In this document: positions 23,801 through 31,456 of the stretch, in pieces
How the letters are laid out: each line of letters opens with the position of its first letter
Position numbering within the stretch: position 1 is the first letter of the stretch
Source: an uncultured Clostridia bacterium
GTDB lineage: Bacteria > Bacillota > Clostridia > TANB77 > CAG-508
Assembly (NCBI GenBank): GCA_947581825.1
Contig: CANPVP010000002.1
Span: 194,777-258,776, forward strand
Direction of reading: 5' to 3'
Length of the DNA stretch: 64,000 bases
The notes under the pieces: generated by a model
The model's input: the letters and a program-made list of their open reading frames with translations, nothing else
Told to the model about the DNA's origin: nothing
Database searches by the model: none
Translations under genes and position numbers: made by a program

Positions 23801-24994
23801 AAAGGAACAACAGGAAATTTAGAGATTAAGGCAACATGGGAAAAGAGCACAAAGGTGAAAGTAATATTTAACTCTAATAATGGAGAAAGCAAAAAAGTAG
23901 AACAAACAGTAGAACTCAAAGATAAAAATGCTACTTTAAAAGCAAATACATTTGCAAAAACATATACAGTAACATATGATTATAACTACAATAGTAAAAA
24001 TAAAGAAACGGAAAAAGCAAATTCTAAATTTTTAGGTTGGGCAACATCAGCAAATGGAAAAGTTGAATATAAGGATAAAGAAAAGGTAAGTAATTTAAAA
24101 AGCAATGGTAGTACTTTAAACTTATATGCTAAGTGGGAAGATAAAACTATAAATTTAAAAAAGAATCCAACAAGAAGTAATTATTCGTTTGTAGGATGGA
24201 GTATAAATAAGGATAAATCAGGAATAATTTTCGAAGAGACCTATAAAGTTACAAAGAATATAACACTAACCGCTATGTGGAATGATAATACACCTAGAAT
24301 TGAAACTATATCATTTAAAGTAATAGAAGATGGTAAGACACATGATGCTGAAGTTGGTGTTGGAGATGGAGCTTTTTATGCTAGATTTCCTAAGAATGGT
24401 AGAGTAATAGTAACTTCACTAAAACTAAAAACAAATGTACCAATCAAATTAAATGATAAAGCTAAGCAGGCTAGTGGCTATATAGATATAAAGACAAGCA
24501 AGAGTGAAAATAACGGATTAAAGGGTAAAGTGTCTGTAATGGGAATAAATGCAATGAGCATAAAAAGTAAAGATGGAAAAACATGGGAAGCAGATTCTTC
24601 AGATAGTGAATTATCTGTAAGTGTAAGTACATTCAAAACTCTTCTAGGAGGAATTAAACTAGGAATTGCTAAAGGATTTGGAGTTAGCAAAGATGGAAAT
24701 AAAGAAACACCTCATTATGTGGCAAGTGTGGTAGAGATTAATGGAGATACATATTTGTTTTTCAAAGAAGAGAAAACAAAAGATGTGAAAGTTAAGTTTA
24801 TCAATGGAACTAAAGACGTTTTAACTCTAAATGTTCCAAAAGGATCACTTGTACCTAATGTAAGTGTAGTTGGTAATGAGAAATTTGATGGTTGGTATAA
24901 GGATAAAGCACTTAAAACACAATTTAACTTCAAAAATCCAATATATGCAGATATAACTATATATGGAAAAAATAAAGAACAAAATTCAAAATAA
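20807..24994 (+). CDS. giant surface protein 3 (paralog)
   Basis: 1395 aa, starting 24 bp after giant 2 and therefore co-transcribed. It has the same MucBP-like, Flg_new and conserved modules, plus N/S/Q-rich low-complexity linkers. Confidence 0.85.
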   Translation: MNKKLISIAVIGLLIICSTFGALCFVVKKNSTVSITFDSNGGTSVSSQALKKGEKVEKPEDPQKSGYEFEGWYKDLNDEKAFDFNTEIKDDETLVAKWSEIYQKDNNGFFTNSSTSQTQQNENNNQSLDSNLLDIVGNSTYTVKHYKMNLDGTTYAEPEVETKTGKINDKVTPEVKQYAGFTAPNTQTVFVNNNGSTVVDYYYTRNKYTVNLVMGEGISEINGAGTYYYEQEVPISAKVSNGYTFNYWVDDNQNKNQNSELSLKIGTSDINIIAMAKPVSNIASETNSNETQYNSTSSDQTTSNYNEQNQNNSSNNNSNSNSNSNSNQNNNSNSSNKITSKPQQNTTNSNSSSGQAVTVTSDANKDTTYIVKHYKMNVDGKTYGKPETETKNGKVGRSVTPDVKVYEGFTSPNTKTVKIDKNGKTVVKYYYKRNQYKLDLKANNGISEVIGSGTYYYGQEVKIKAKADLGYVFNYWEDEFGNHSKKNESTVRIGAKNSIITANGKLDENIPYTVKHYKMNVDGKTYGIPDIETKKGTMDEEVTPAVKKYEGFTAPDKQTVKISAKGNTVVEYYYTRNKYELALEANEGIEKVTGAGTYYYGQQVTLKAEVKSGYIFDYWEDEFGNHSNKTEVTVKIGAGDSTITANAKLDKNVQYQVKHYKMNVDGKTYAEPEIEKKKGNIKKEVTPAVKKYEGFTSPKTQTVKIDGNGKTVIEYYYTRNRYKLELKKNKGIEEVKGSGTYYYEEEVTIKAIAQEGYKFDYWKAGENEKYLTAEAKIKMGAKDKTITANAKIREYTITYDANGGTTKEPKQELSYGTKLAKPKNPTRKGYTFLGWYADLKDETTFNFDTTMPKKDFTLYAKWKANEYTIVFNSNGGKGKMDNQEFTYDKEAKLNQNKFTKEHYTFAGWSETAKGKVQYKDKQEVKNVAENGKKNLYAIWTPVKYKITYDLDGGKETSKNKTEYTIEDSFKLNPPTKDGYVFKEWILKDKTVLKDATIKKGTTGNLEIKATWEKSTKVKVIFNSNNGESKKVEQTVELKDKNATLKANTFAKTYTVTYDYNYNSKNKETEKANSKFLGWATSANGKVEYKDKEKVSNLKSNGSTLNLYAKWEDKTINLKKNPTRSNYSFVGWSINKDKSGIIFEETYKVTKNITLTAMWNDNTPRIETISFKVIEDGKTHDAEVGVGDGAFYARFPKNGRVIVTSLKLKTNVPIKLNDKAKQASGYIDIKTSKSENNGLKGKVSVMGINAMSIKSKDGKTWEADSSDSELSVSVSTFKTLLGGIKLGIAKGFGVSKDGNKETPHYVASVVEINGDTYLFFKEEKTKDVKVKFINGTKDVLTLNVPKGSLVPNVSVVGNEKFDGWYKDKALKTQFNFKNPIYADITIYGKNKEQNSK
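21760..21795 (+). repeat. in-frame hexanucleotide microsatellite (AATAGY)n inside giant gene 3
   Basis: aatagtaatagcaatagtaatagtaatagtaat encodes SNSNSNSNSN. It sits within a longer N/S-rich tract. Confidence 0.6.
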
Positions 24995-25012
24995 CAAAAC
25001 CATATATAATAA

Positions 25013-25047
25013 AAGAGTAGTAGAAATATATTTTCTACTACTTTTAA
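25013..25047 (+). terminator. terminator after the giant-protein operon
   Basis: agagtagtagaaa..tttctactact followed by a T-run. Confidence 0.55.
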
Positions 25048-25150
25048 AATACTCCTAAATAATAAAAAACAGCAAAAGCTTACAAGCAAAGAAAAAGAAA
25101 AATCACAAAAAAAAACTTCGTAAAATTTTTGAAATTTATTTGTAAAAATA

Positions 25151-25179
25151 TTGACATTAAAAGTAATTAATACTATAAT
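25151..25179 (+). promoter_or_regulatory. consensus sigma-A promoter upstream of the sortase operon
   Basis: TTGACA, 17-nt spacer, TATAAT. Confidence 0.5.
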
Positions 25180-25382
25180 CATTAACAAGTACTAAGAGGT
25201 TATAAAAATAAAAACATTAATAAGAATATGGAATATGCTAGCAGGTATATTCCACAACACAATTTAACCAGTTAGTAAAGAAAAACTTACTAATTCATTA
25301 ATATAGTTTTACTAGATTTTGTATAATCTCTTTATTAATTACTAAAACACACAACACTAAGGAGGTGAATGAAGGGGAACTA

Positions 25383-26061
25383 ATGAAGGATTCGCAACCA
25401 AATGAGGTAGCAAAACATTTTAATGAAAAAAAACCACATCGAAAGATGTATGTGGTAGGAATTAGTGTAATATTTGTAATATCTGTGTTAGGTATTATAA
25501 TATTGGTAGGGTATTTGATACAACAGACTCAAGTAGTAAGTCCACCTCAACAACCAGAAAAAGTTATTGTAGATACTTCAAAACAAAAAAGTGTTGAGAC
25601 AAAGATTGCTGATCAAATTGTAGATGTTAGTGATATGCCTAAAAAAATACATGGATTTCCAGTAGTAGGTAAGATTGTAATAAAAAAAATAAATATAAGT
25701 ACCTATATTTTAAAACCACCATCATTAAAAGATAAGGATATAAATGAGGCATTAAAATATGGAGCAACTGAATTTTGGGGTCCTGAAATTAATGAAATTG
25801 GTAATTATTGCATCACAGGGCATAACTATGCAAATGTATTTGGAAAAATACACAGCCTAAATATAGGTGATACATTTTATTTAGTTGGAAAGGATCGGAA
25901 GAAAAGTAACATATTCAGTTACAGAAATAATTCCAGCCGTGGACCCAACAGATATGCAACACACAAGTCAACATACTGATAACAAAAGAAAAGTTACACT
26001 AATTACTTGTACTTTAAGCGGGCTTAAAAGAGTTTATGTAAAAGCCGAGGAAAAAATTTAA
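25383..26061 (+). pseudogene. sortase (transpeptidase) interrupted by a frameshift
   Basis: The ORF has an N-terminal TM and the catalytic His region (ITGHNY..GDTFYLVGKD). It terminates at 25979, but the +1 frame continues as VTYSVTEIIPAVDPTDMQHTSQHTDNKRKVTLITCTLSGLKRVYVKAEEKI*, containing the sortase TLxTC cysteine motif and the conserved Arg. The frame shift lies near 25900-25915 in an A-run. Confidence 0.65.
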
Positions 26062-26075
26062 GGAGGAATTTAAAA

Positions 26076-26672
26076 ATGAAAAAAACACTTATAATGACAT
26101 TAATCATAGCAATGGTGCTATCAATAGCATCAGTAGTAAACGCTGCAGGAAGTATGACTGCATCATCATCAAAGGTAAAAAAAGGAGACGAAGTTACAGT
26201 AACAATTAATTTTGGTAAAATGATGTCTGCATCTGACTTTGTATTAACATATGATAAAGATGTTCTTGAATTTGTTAGTAGTACAGCAGAAGCAAAAACT
26301 GAAGAAAGCAATGGAATAAAATTACAAACATATACTAATGATACACAATCAGTTACAGCAACTTTCAAAGCTTTAAAAGCAGGAACAACAGCTAAAATAG
26401 GATTCGTAGCAAACGAATTTACAAACACAGATTTAAATGTTGAAGAAGTAACAGTAAATGGTACAACAGTAACTATAGCAAAGGAAGAAACTAAAAAGAA
26501 AAATAATACTTCAACAAAGAAGAATAATACTTCAAAGAAAAAAGACAATACAGTAGCAAATAGACCAGCACCACAAACTGGTATGAATGTTGCAGAATAT
26601 GTAGCAGTAGCAGGAGTAGTTGCTTTAGCAGTAGCAGGAGTTGCAGTTGTTGGTAAAAAAGAAGATAAATAG
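26076..26672 (+). CDS. cohesin-like domain surface protein with (S/P)PxTG-type sorting signal
   Basis: Signal peptide, then a cohesin-like beta domain (KKGDEVTVTINFG..SDFVLTYDKDVLEFVS). C-terminal APQTG, hydrophobic stretch and GKKEDK-type charged tail, typical of a sortase substrate. Confidence 0.7.
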   Translation: MKKTLIMTLIIAMVLSIASVVNAAGSMTASSSKVKKGDEVTVTINFGKMMSASDFVLTYDKDVLEFVSSTAEAKTEESNGIKLQTYTNDTQSVTATFKALKAGTTAKIGFVANEFTNTDLNVEEVTVNGTTVTIAKEETKKKNNTSTKKNNTSKKKDNTVANRPAPQTGMNVAEYVAVAGVVALAVAGVAVVGKKEDK

Positions 26673-26724
26673 TAGATACAATAACAATAAATAATAATAA
26701 TTAATGTATAAGGGGGAAACAATT

Positions 26725-27807
26725 TTGAATACAAAAAAATTATTAATATCTGGTGCAATTGCAACAGGAATGTTAGTTGGAGTTGCAATGCCAAGTGTTT
26801 TCGCAGCAAATAAAATAACATTCCAAAAAAAATATTTAACAGATGGAGAATCAGTTACAATAATGCAAAATGCTGATGAAAAATCAGTACCATCTATAAA
26901 TTTAACTGAAGATGCAGTTAAAACAGCTATTGAAAAAAAATTCACTGGAACTAAAGTAAAAACTTTACCATCTAAAGATGCAAAAGTAGATGGAAAAAAT
27001 GTAAAAGTAGTAGGAACAGGAACTGTTGTAGAATTAGTAGATGGAGTAAAAATTAAAGTTGTATATAAAGGTGATGTAAATAGCGATGGAAGAGTATCTA
27101 TAACAGATGCAGCTATAATGGTAAGATCTTCTAATAACGGTGTAAAATTAACTCCAGAGCAAACAAAAGCAGGTGATATTGGTGGAGTAGTTGATAAAGT
27201 TAATGCATCAGATGCTGCTGTAGTAGTAAGACTACTTAATGGTGGAGAATATGCAAAGAAAGCTTACAACAAAATGGAAGAATTCATGCCAGAAGATGTT
27301 GTAGTTGTAGATAACAAAGTTGTAGCAGAAAAAGCTGAAGCAGTAAAAGAAGTACCAGCTGTAAAAGAAGTTTGTGAAGATATAACAGTTACACCTACTG
27401 AAAATGGTGCAAAAGCAGAAGTAAAAATAAAAGCAGATCAAAAAGATACAAAATTATCTGATGTAAAATCTCAATTAAAAGAAACAGTTTTAGCTTTAGC
27501 TACAGATAATGCAGAATTAATTGAAGCTGCTAAATCAGTTAAACTTCATTATGATAACGGTACAGCTGCAGGAATTGATTTAGAAATCGATTTATCAGAT
27601 TCTGAAAATGTATTAGCAACGGTTGAACAAGTAAAAACAAGTATTAATGCATTACTTGGAGAAAAAACATTAGCATCATTAATGGGAGACAAATTAACAG
27701 TAACAGTTGAATTAGATGCAGCAAAATCATTATTAAGCAATGCAAAAGAAGGAGCTACACAAGTTTATGAAATAGCTTTCGATTCATTAGAAGAATTAGC
27801 AAAATAA
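26725..27807 (+). CDS. dockerin-domain secreted protein
   Basis: Signal peptide. Two calcium-binding dockerin segments (GDVNSDGRVSITDAAIMVR.. and GDIGGVVDKVNASDAAVVVRLLNGG) and an A/E/K-rich C-terminal region. TTG start preferred after RBS AAGGGGGA. Confidence 0.65.
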   Translation: MNTKKLLISGAIATGMLVGVAMPSVFAANKITFQKKYLTDGESVTIMQNADEKSVPSINLTEDAVKTAIEKKFTGTKVKTLPSKDAKVDGKNVKVVGTGTVVELVDGVKIKVVYKGDVNSDGRVSITDAAIMVRSSNNGVKLTPEQTKAGDIGGVVDKVNASDAAVVVRLLNGGEYAKKAYNKMEEFMPEDVVVVDNKVVAEKAEAVKEVPAVKEVCEDITVTPTENGAKAEVKIKADQKDTKLSDVKSQLKETVLALATDNAELIEAAKSVKLHYDNGTAAGIDLEIDLSDSENVLATVEQVKTSINALLGEKTLASLMGDKLTVTVELDAAKSLLSNAKEGATQVYEIAFDSLEELAK

Positions 27808-27824
27808 TTTTCTATAAACAATAC

Positions 27825-27857
27825 AAAAAAACATCTCAATATAGAGATGTTTTTTTG
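27825..27857 (+). terminator. terminator after dockerin gene
   Basis: aaaaacatctc aatatag agatgttttttt. Confidence 0.65.
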
Positions 27858-27907
27858 TATCTAAAATTATATATTATTCATTGCAATGTGAAACATTGCA
27901 CACGTAG

Positions 27908-27926
27908 GGGCGATTAGTAATCGCCC
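27908..27926. repeat. GC-rich palindromic element copy 2 (GGGCGATTAGTAATCGCCC)
   Basis: Same stem-loop family as 9088 and 39937, preceded by gtagg. Confidence 0.55.
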
Positions 27927-28023
27927 GAATATAAAAACATAGAGATGTTAAAGCAAGAAACATAAAAAAAGAGCCCAAACGGGCTCTGGGGAAATTTGCG
28001 CGATGATGTCACTAAAAATATGT

Positions 28024-28188
28024 CTAGGTTTTGTTTCGCGGTTGCGATGATGGCATGGAATTTGCTTTTTGGTTTTGCTTATTAAAATTTTTGATGAATG
28101 TTTTGAACCGTTTGTCTGATGTCTTAGCTTTACAGCCATTCCTTTTGTTATACGCACTCATCATCTGTGAATTAGTTAACCGAGCCAT
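28024..28188 (-). CDS. small basic protein (54 aa) in a GC-rich patch
   Basis: Minus-strand ORF MARLTNSQMMSAYNKRNGCKAKTSDKRFKTFIKNFNKQNQKANSMPSSQPRNKT with AAGGGAGGTG RBS 7 nt upstream. An intrinsic terminator (agagcccgtttgggctc + T8) lies at 27960-27985. Local GC is about 45%. Confidence 0.3.
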   Translation of the reverse strand: MARLTNSQMMSAYNKRNGCKAKTSDKRFKTFIKNFNKQNQKANSMPSSQPRNKT

Positions 28189-28565
28189 CTCACTACACCT
28201 CCCTTACTTATAATATGAAATTTAGTATATCATAAAATTAAACAATATACAAGATAAATGTTCATTCAAATAATATATTAATAAAAATAACAATATTATA
28301 TTTTTTCAAAAATGCTCGTTCAAGTAATTTTTAAAGAAATTCTAAACTAATTTTATGGCACCCTTTCACGAACAAGCGTGAACTATTTCCATAAAATTTA
28401 GTTAAGAATTTCTAATAAAACTCACTTTCAATGCGCTTTTTTCAAAAATATAATATTGTTATTTCAAAATAAGAATAAACAGTACATTAATTTAAAAAGC
28501 TAAAAACTTGTTAAATAAAAATATTTATTGTATAATTTTACTTAAATAATAATAGGAGAAGAAGT

Positions 28566-29480
28566 ATGAGTAAAATTGATGAAAAAGAATTACACGTAAT
28601 ATTTAATGGAATAAAATCAGGTGATGAAAACAGTTTTACATCTTTATATGAAAATTACTATAATTTAGTATACAGAATCGTATTCTCAATACTAAAAAAT
28701 AAAGAAAATAGCGAAGATGTTACACAAATAGTATTTTCAAAAATATACCAGTTACCAAAAGAAAAATTACCAGAAAGTTATGAGGCTAGCTGGTTATATA
28801 AGGTGTCTAAAAATGAAACTCTGCAATATTTAAGAAAAGCTAAAAATGAATTAAATATAGATGAAATATATGATATATCAGAGCAGAAGAATAATATAGA
28901 TGAAATAATAGATGTAGAAACATATAAAAAAATGATACAAGGATTAAGTGAAACAGAAAAAGAAATAATTTCCTTAAAGATTCTATCTCAGTTTACTTTT
29001 AAAAGAATAGGCCAAATGCTAAAAATGCCAACAGGAACTGTTAAATGGAATTATTATAAAGCAGTGAGTTCTTTAAAAATTTCTTTATCAAGTTTAGCAG
29101 GTTTTATAATTACATTTGTTTTAGGCATTTCTACTATGTTTAGAAAAGAACAGGTTAATTTTAGTGAAAACAAAGAAGTAAATAAAAGTGATAACGAAAA
29201 TATTAGTCAAAATGAAGATTATAGTGAAGAAGCCAAAACAGAATTTGATTCTCAAACAACTATAGATTCTACTAATAAAGGAGAAAATAGTAGCTTGTCA
29301 GATTCAACAAGTGATAAACAAAGTACTATACAAACTGTAGGTACAAAAACAGAAGATGTATATCATATAAACTATATAAGCCTAGGATTTTGTGGCATAT
29401 CATTAATATTTTTTATAATTTTTGTAATTTTTTTCAAAAAATACCAACTAAAACGAAAGGTAAGAGCATCTAAAAATTAG
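28566..29480 (+). CDS. ECF-like sigma-70 family factor fused to a C-terminal transmembrane extension
   Basis: aa 1-170 show sigma region 2 (YNLVYRIVFSIL..DVTQIVFSKIY) and region 4 (ETEKEIISLKILSQFTFKRIGQMLKMPTGTVKWNYYKA). Two predicted TM helices and a serine-rich segment follow, giving 304 aa in total. Confidence 0.65.
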   Translation: MSKIDEKELHVIFNGIKSGDENSFTSLYENYYNLVYRIVFSILKNKENSEDVTQIVFSKIYQLPKEKLPESYEASWLYKVSKNETLQYLRKAKNELNIDEIYDISEQKNNIDEIIDVETYKKMIQGLSETEKEIISLKILSQFTFKRIGQMLKMPTGTVKWNYYKAVSSLKISLSSLAGFIITFVLGISTMFRKEQVNFSENKEVNKSDNENISQNEDYSEEAKTEFDSQTTIDSTNKGENSSLSDSTSDKQSTIQTVGTKTEDVYHINYISLGFCGISLIFFIIFVIFFKKYQLKRKVRASKN

Positions 29481-29517
29481 GTAACGTTCCTAAATAAATT
29501 TTTAAGGAGTAGATTTT

Positions 29518-31281
29518 ATGAAAAAAATAATAAGTATTTTAATTATTGTAGCAATTGTAGCAATAATTGCAGGAATTGCATATGTATGCGTTTTTAAAGA
29601 TGGAAACATTATTCAAAACAATACGCAAGTAGGTAAAATAGATGATTGGAAACTAAACATGAATTTTGAAGAATCTGATTCTTTTATGGGAAACTTTAAC
29701 AGTGGAATTTCTATGGGAGTTACTTCGGATTCAGCAACCAATAGTTTCAGTGCAGAATCTAAAAACATAGGATTTTCCGTTGGTGGTGCAAAGGATACAG
29801 TGAATTTTAGAGAGAATATAAAAAATGGATATTTTCCATTACTTTCTGATATAACATATAATGGATTATTCTATGAATATTCTTTTAACACAGGAAATAA
29901 AGAAGAATCTGAAGAATTATTTTCACCATCATATTTACAAGCTGTATCAAGTGATCCAATGTCTAAACAAAAAGAATATTACATGGCTGTGGGATTGAAT
30001 TCAAATATTAAAGAAAGTGATTTTCAGAGAAAAAAATTAAATTTAGTTGTTGCATTAGATATTTCAGGTTCTATGTCTTCAAGTTTTAATTCATATTACT
30101 ATGATAAACCTACACAAAATGAAGATAATTTAGAAGATAAAAATAAAACCAAAATGCAAATTGCAAATGAATCACTAAATATATTAATTGATCAATTAAA
30201 TAAGGATGATAGATTTGGACTAGTTTTATTCGAAAGTGATTCTCATATTGCTAAACCATTAAATCTTGTAGGTGAAACAGATATTGATAAAATAAAAGAA
30301 CATGTATTGGAGATATCTGCTACAGGAGGTACAAATTTTGAAGCAGGATATAAATCTGCAAATGAATTATTAGCAGAGTATGAAAATGTTGATACTGATG
30401 AATATGAAAATAGAATAATTGTAATTACAGATGCTATGCCAAATACAGGAGAAACATCTGATGAAAGCTTAATGTCAATGGTTAAGAAAAATGCTGACAA
30501 AGGTATATATACAAGTTTTGTAGGTGTTGGTGTTGACTTTAATTCTCAGTTAATAGAAACAATAAGTAATGTAAAAGGTGCAAATTATTATTCTGTAAAT
30601 AGCGCAAAAGATTTTAAATCAAGAATGGGAGAACAATTTGAATATATGGTAACACCACTTGTATTTGATTTGGATTTTAACTTTGATTCAGATGATTATG
30701 AAATCGAAGCTGTTTATGGTTCAGATACTGTTAATATAGCAACAGGAAATATTATGAATGTAAATACTTTATTCCCATCAAAAACTAATTCAGATGGAGA
30801 GGTTAAAGGTGGAATAATATTATTAAAATTAAAGAAAAAAACAGATGGCGAAAATGGAAAAATAAAACTAGAAGTTTCATATAAAGATAGAAATGGAAAA
30901 CAATATAATAATGATAAAGAAGTAGAGTTTAAAAATCAAGAAAATGATTTTTATGATAATGATGGAATAAGAAAAGCAATTGTTTTAACAAGATATGTAA
31001 ATGTATTAAAAGATTGGATTATGTATGAAAGAACAGGAAACATAAATTATATATGTGATGAGAAATGTGGAATAGTAGCAGAGCCAGAAGATGGTTGGGG
31101 AGCTCGATTAATAAAATTAGGTATTCATGAAAGACAATCTGAAAAACTATCTGTAAGCACTGGATATAAAAAGATTTTTGAAGAAATGAAAGAGTACATA
31201 ACAAACGAAAATAAAGAAATTAAAGATGATACATTAAATAACGAGATTAATTTATTAGAAGAATTAATTAAAACAAAATAA
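29518..31281 (+). CDS. membrane-anchored von Willebrand factor A (vWA) domain protein
   Basis: N-terminal TM. MIDAS motif DISGSMSS, then downstream T (ATGGTNFEAG) and D (ITDAMPNTGE) motifs. It lies 37 bp after the sigma gene with no terminator between. Confidence 0.75.
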   Translation: MKKIISILIIVAIVAIIAGIAYVCVFKDGNIIQNNTQVGKIDDWKLNMNFEESDSFMGNFNSGISMGVTSDSATNSFSAESKNIGFSVGGAKDTVNFRENIKNGYFPLLSDITYNGLFYEYSFNTGNKEESEELFSPSYLQAVSSDPMSKQKEYYMAVGLNSNIKESDFQRKKLNLVVALDISGSMSSSFNSYYYDKPTQNEDNLEDKNKTKMQIANESLNILIDQLNKDDRFGLVLFESDSHIAKPLNLVGETDIDKIKEHVLEISATGGTNFEAGYKSANELLAEYENVDTDEYENRIIVITDAMPNTGETSDESLMSMVKKNADKGIYTSFVGVGVDFNSQLIETISNVKGANYYSVNSAKDFKSRMGEQFEYMVTPLVFDLDFNFDSDDYEIEAVYGSDTVNIATGNIMNVNTLFPSKTNSDGEVKGGIILLKLKKKTDGENGKIKLEVSYKDRNGKQYNNDKEVEFKNQENDFYDNDGIRKAIVLTRYVNVLKDWIMYERTGNINYICDEKCGIVAEPEDGWGARLIKLGIHERQSEKLSVSTGYKKIFEEMKEYITNENKEIKDDTLNNEINLLEELIKTK

Positions 31282-31364
31282 TAAAAATATTTTACTATCA
31301 AAAGGTATATTATATAGGTAAATAAACTTATTTAATATACCTTTTATATATAATAGGAAAGAAA

Positions 31365-31393
31365 TTGACATAAAACTGACAATAGTGTATAAT
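31365..31393 (+). promoter_or_regulatory. consensus sigma-A promoter for the 546-aa gene
   Basis: TTGACA, 17-nt spacer, TATAAT, preceded by a terminator hairpin at 31283-31340. Confidence 0.5.
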
Positions 31394-31456
31394 TAAAGAT
31401 ACGGTGTTAGCAATATTTGGATAAAATATTGTCGTAGAGAAAGGGAAGATAAGTAT

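Noticed and set aside
9967-24994. LPXTG-type C-terminal sorting signals on the giant proteins
   Set aside because: All three C-termini were checked and none carries LPXTG or PxTG plus a hydrophobic tail. They end in soluble sequence, so anchoring is presumed N-terminal.
25365-25979. Treating the 204-aa sortase ORF as an intact short sortase
   Set aside because: It lacks the catalytic Cys. The TLITC motif is found immediately downstream in another frame, so this is a frameshifted or pseudogene call rather than a complete enzyme.
26024-26821. 265-aa minus-strand ORF
   Set aside because: It is entirely antisense to the cohesin gene, composed of low-complexity T/A/F-rich translation with no RBS, and is a shadow ORF.
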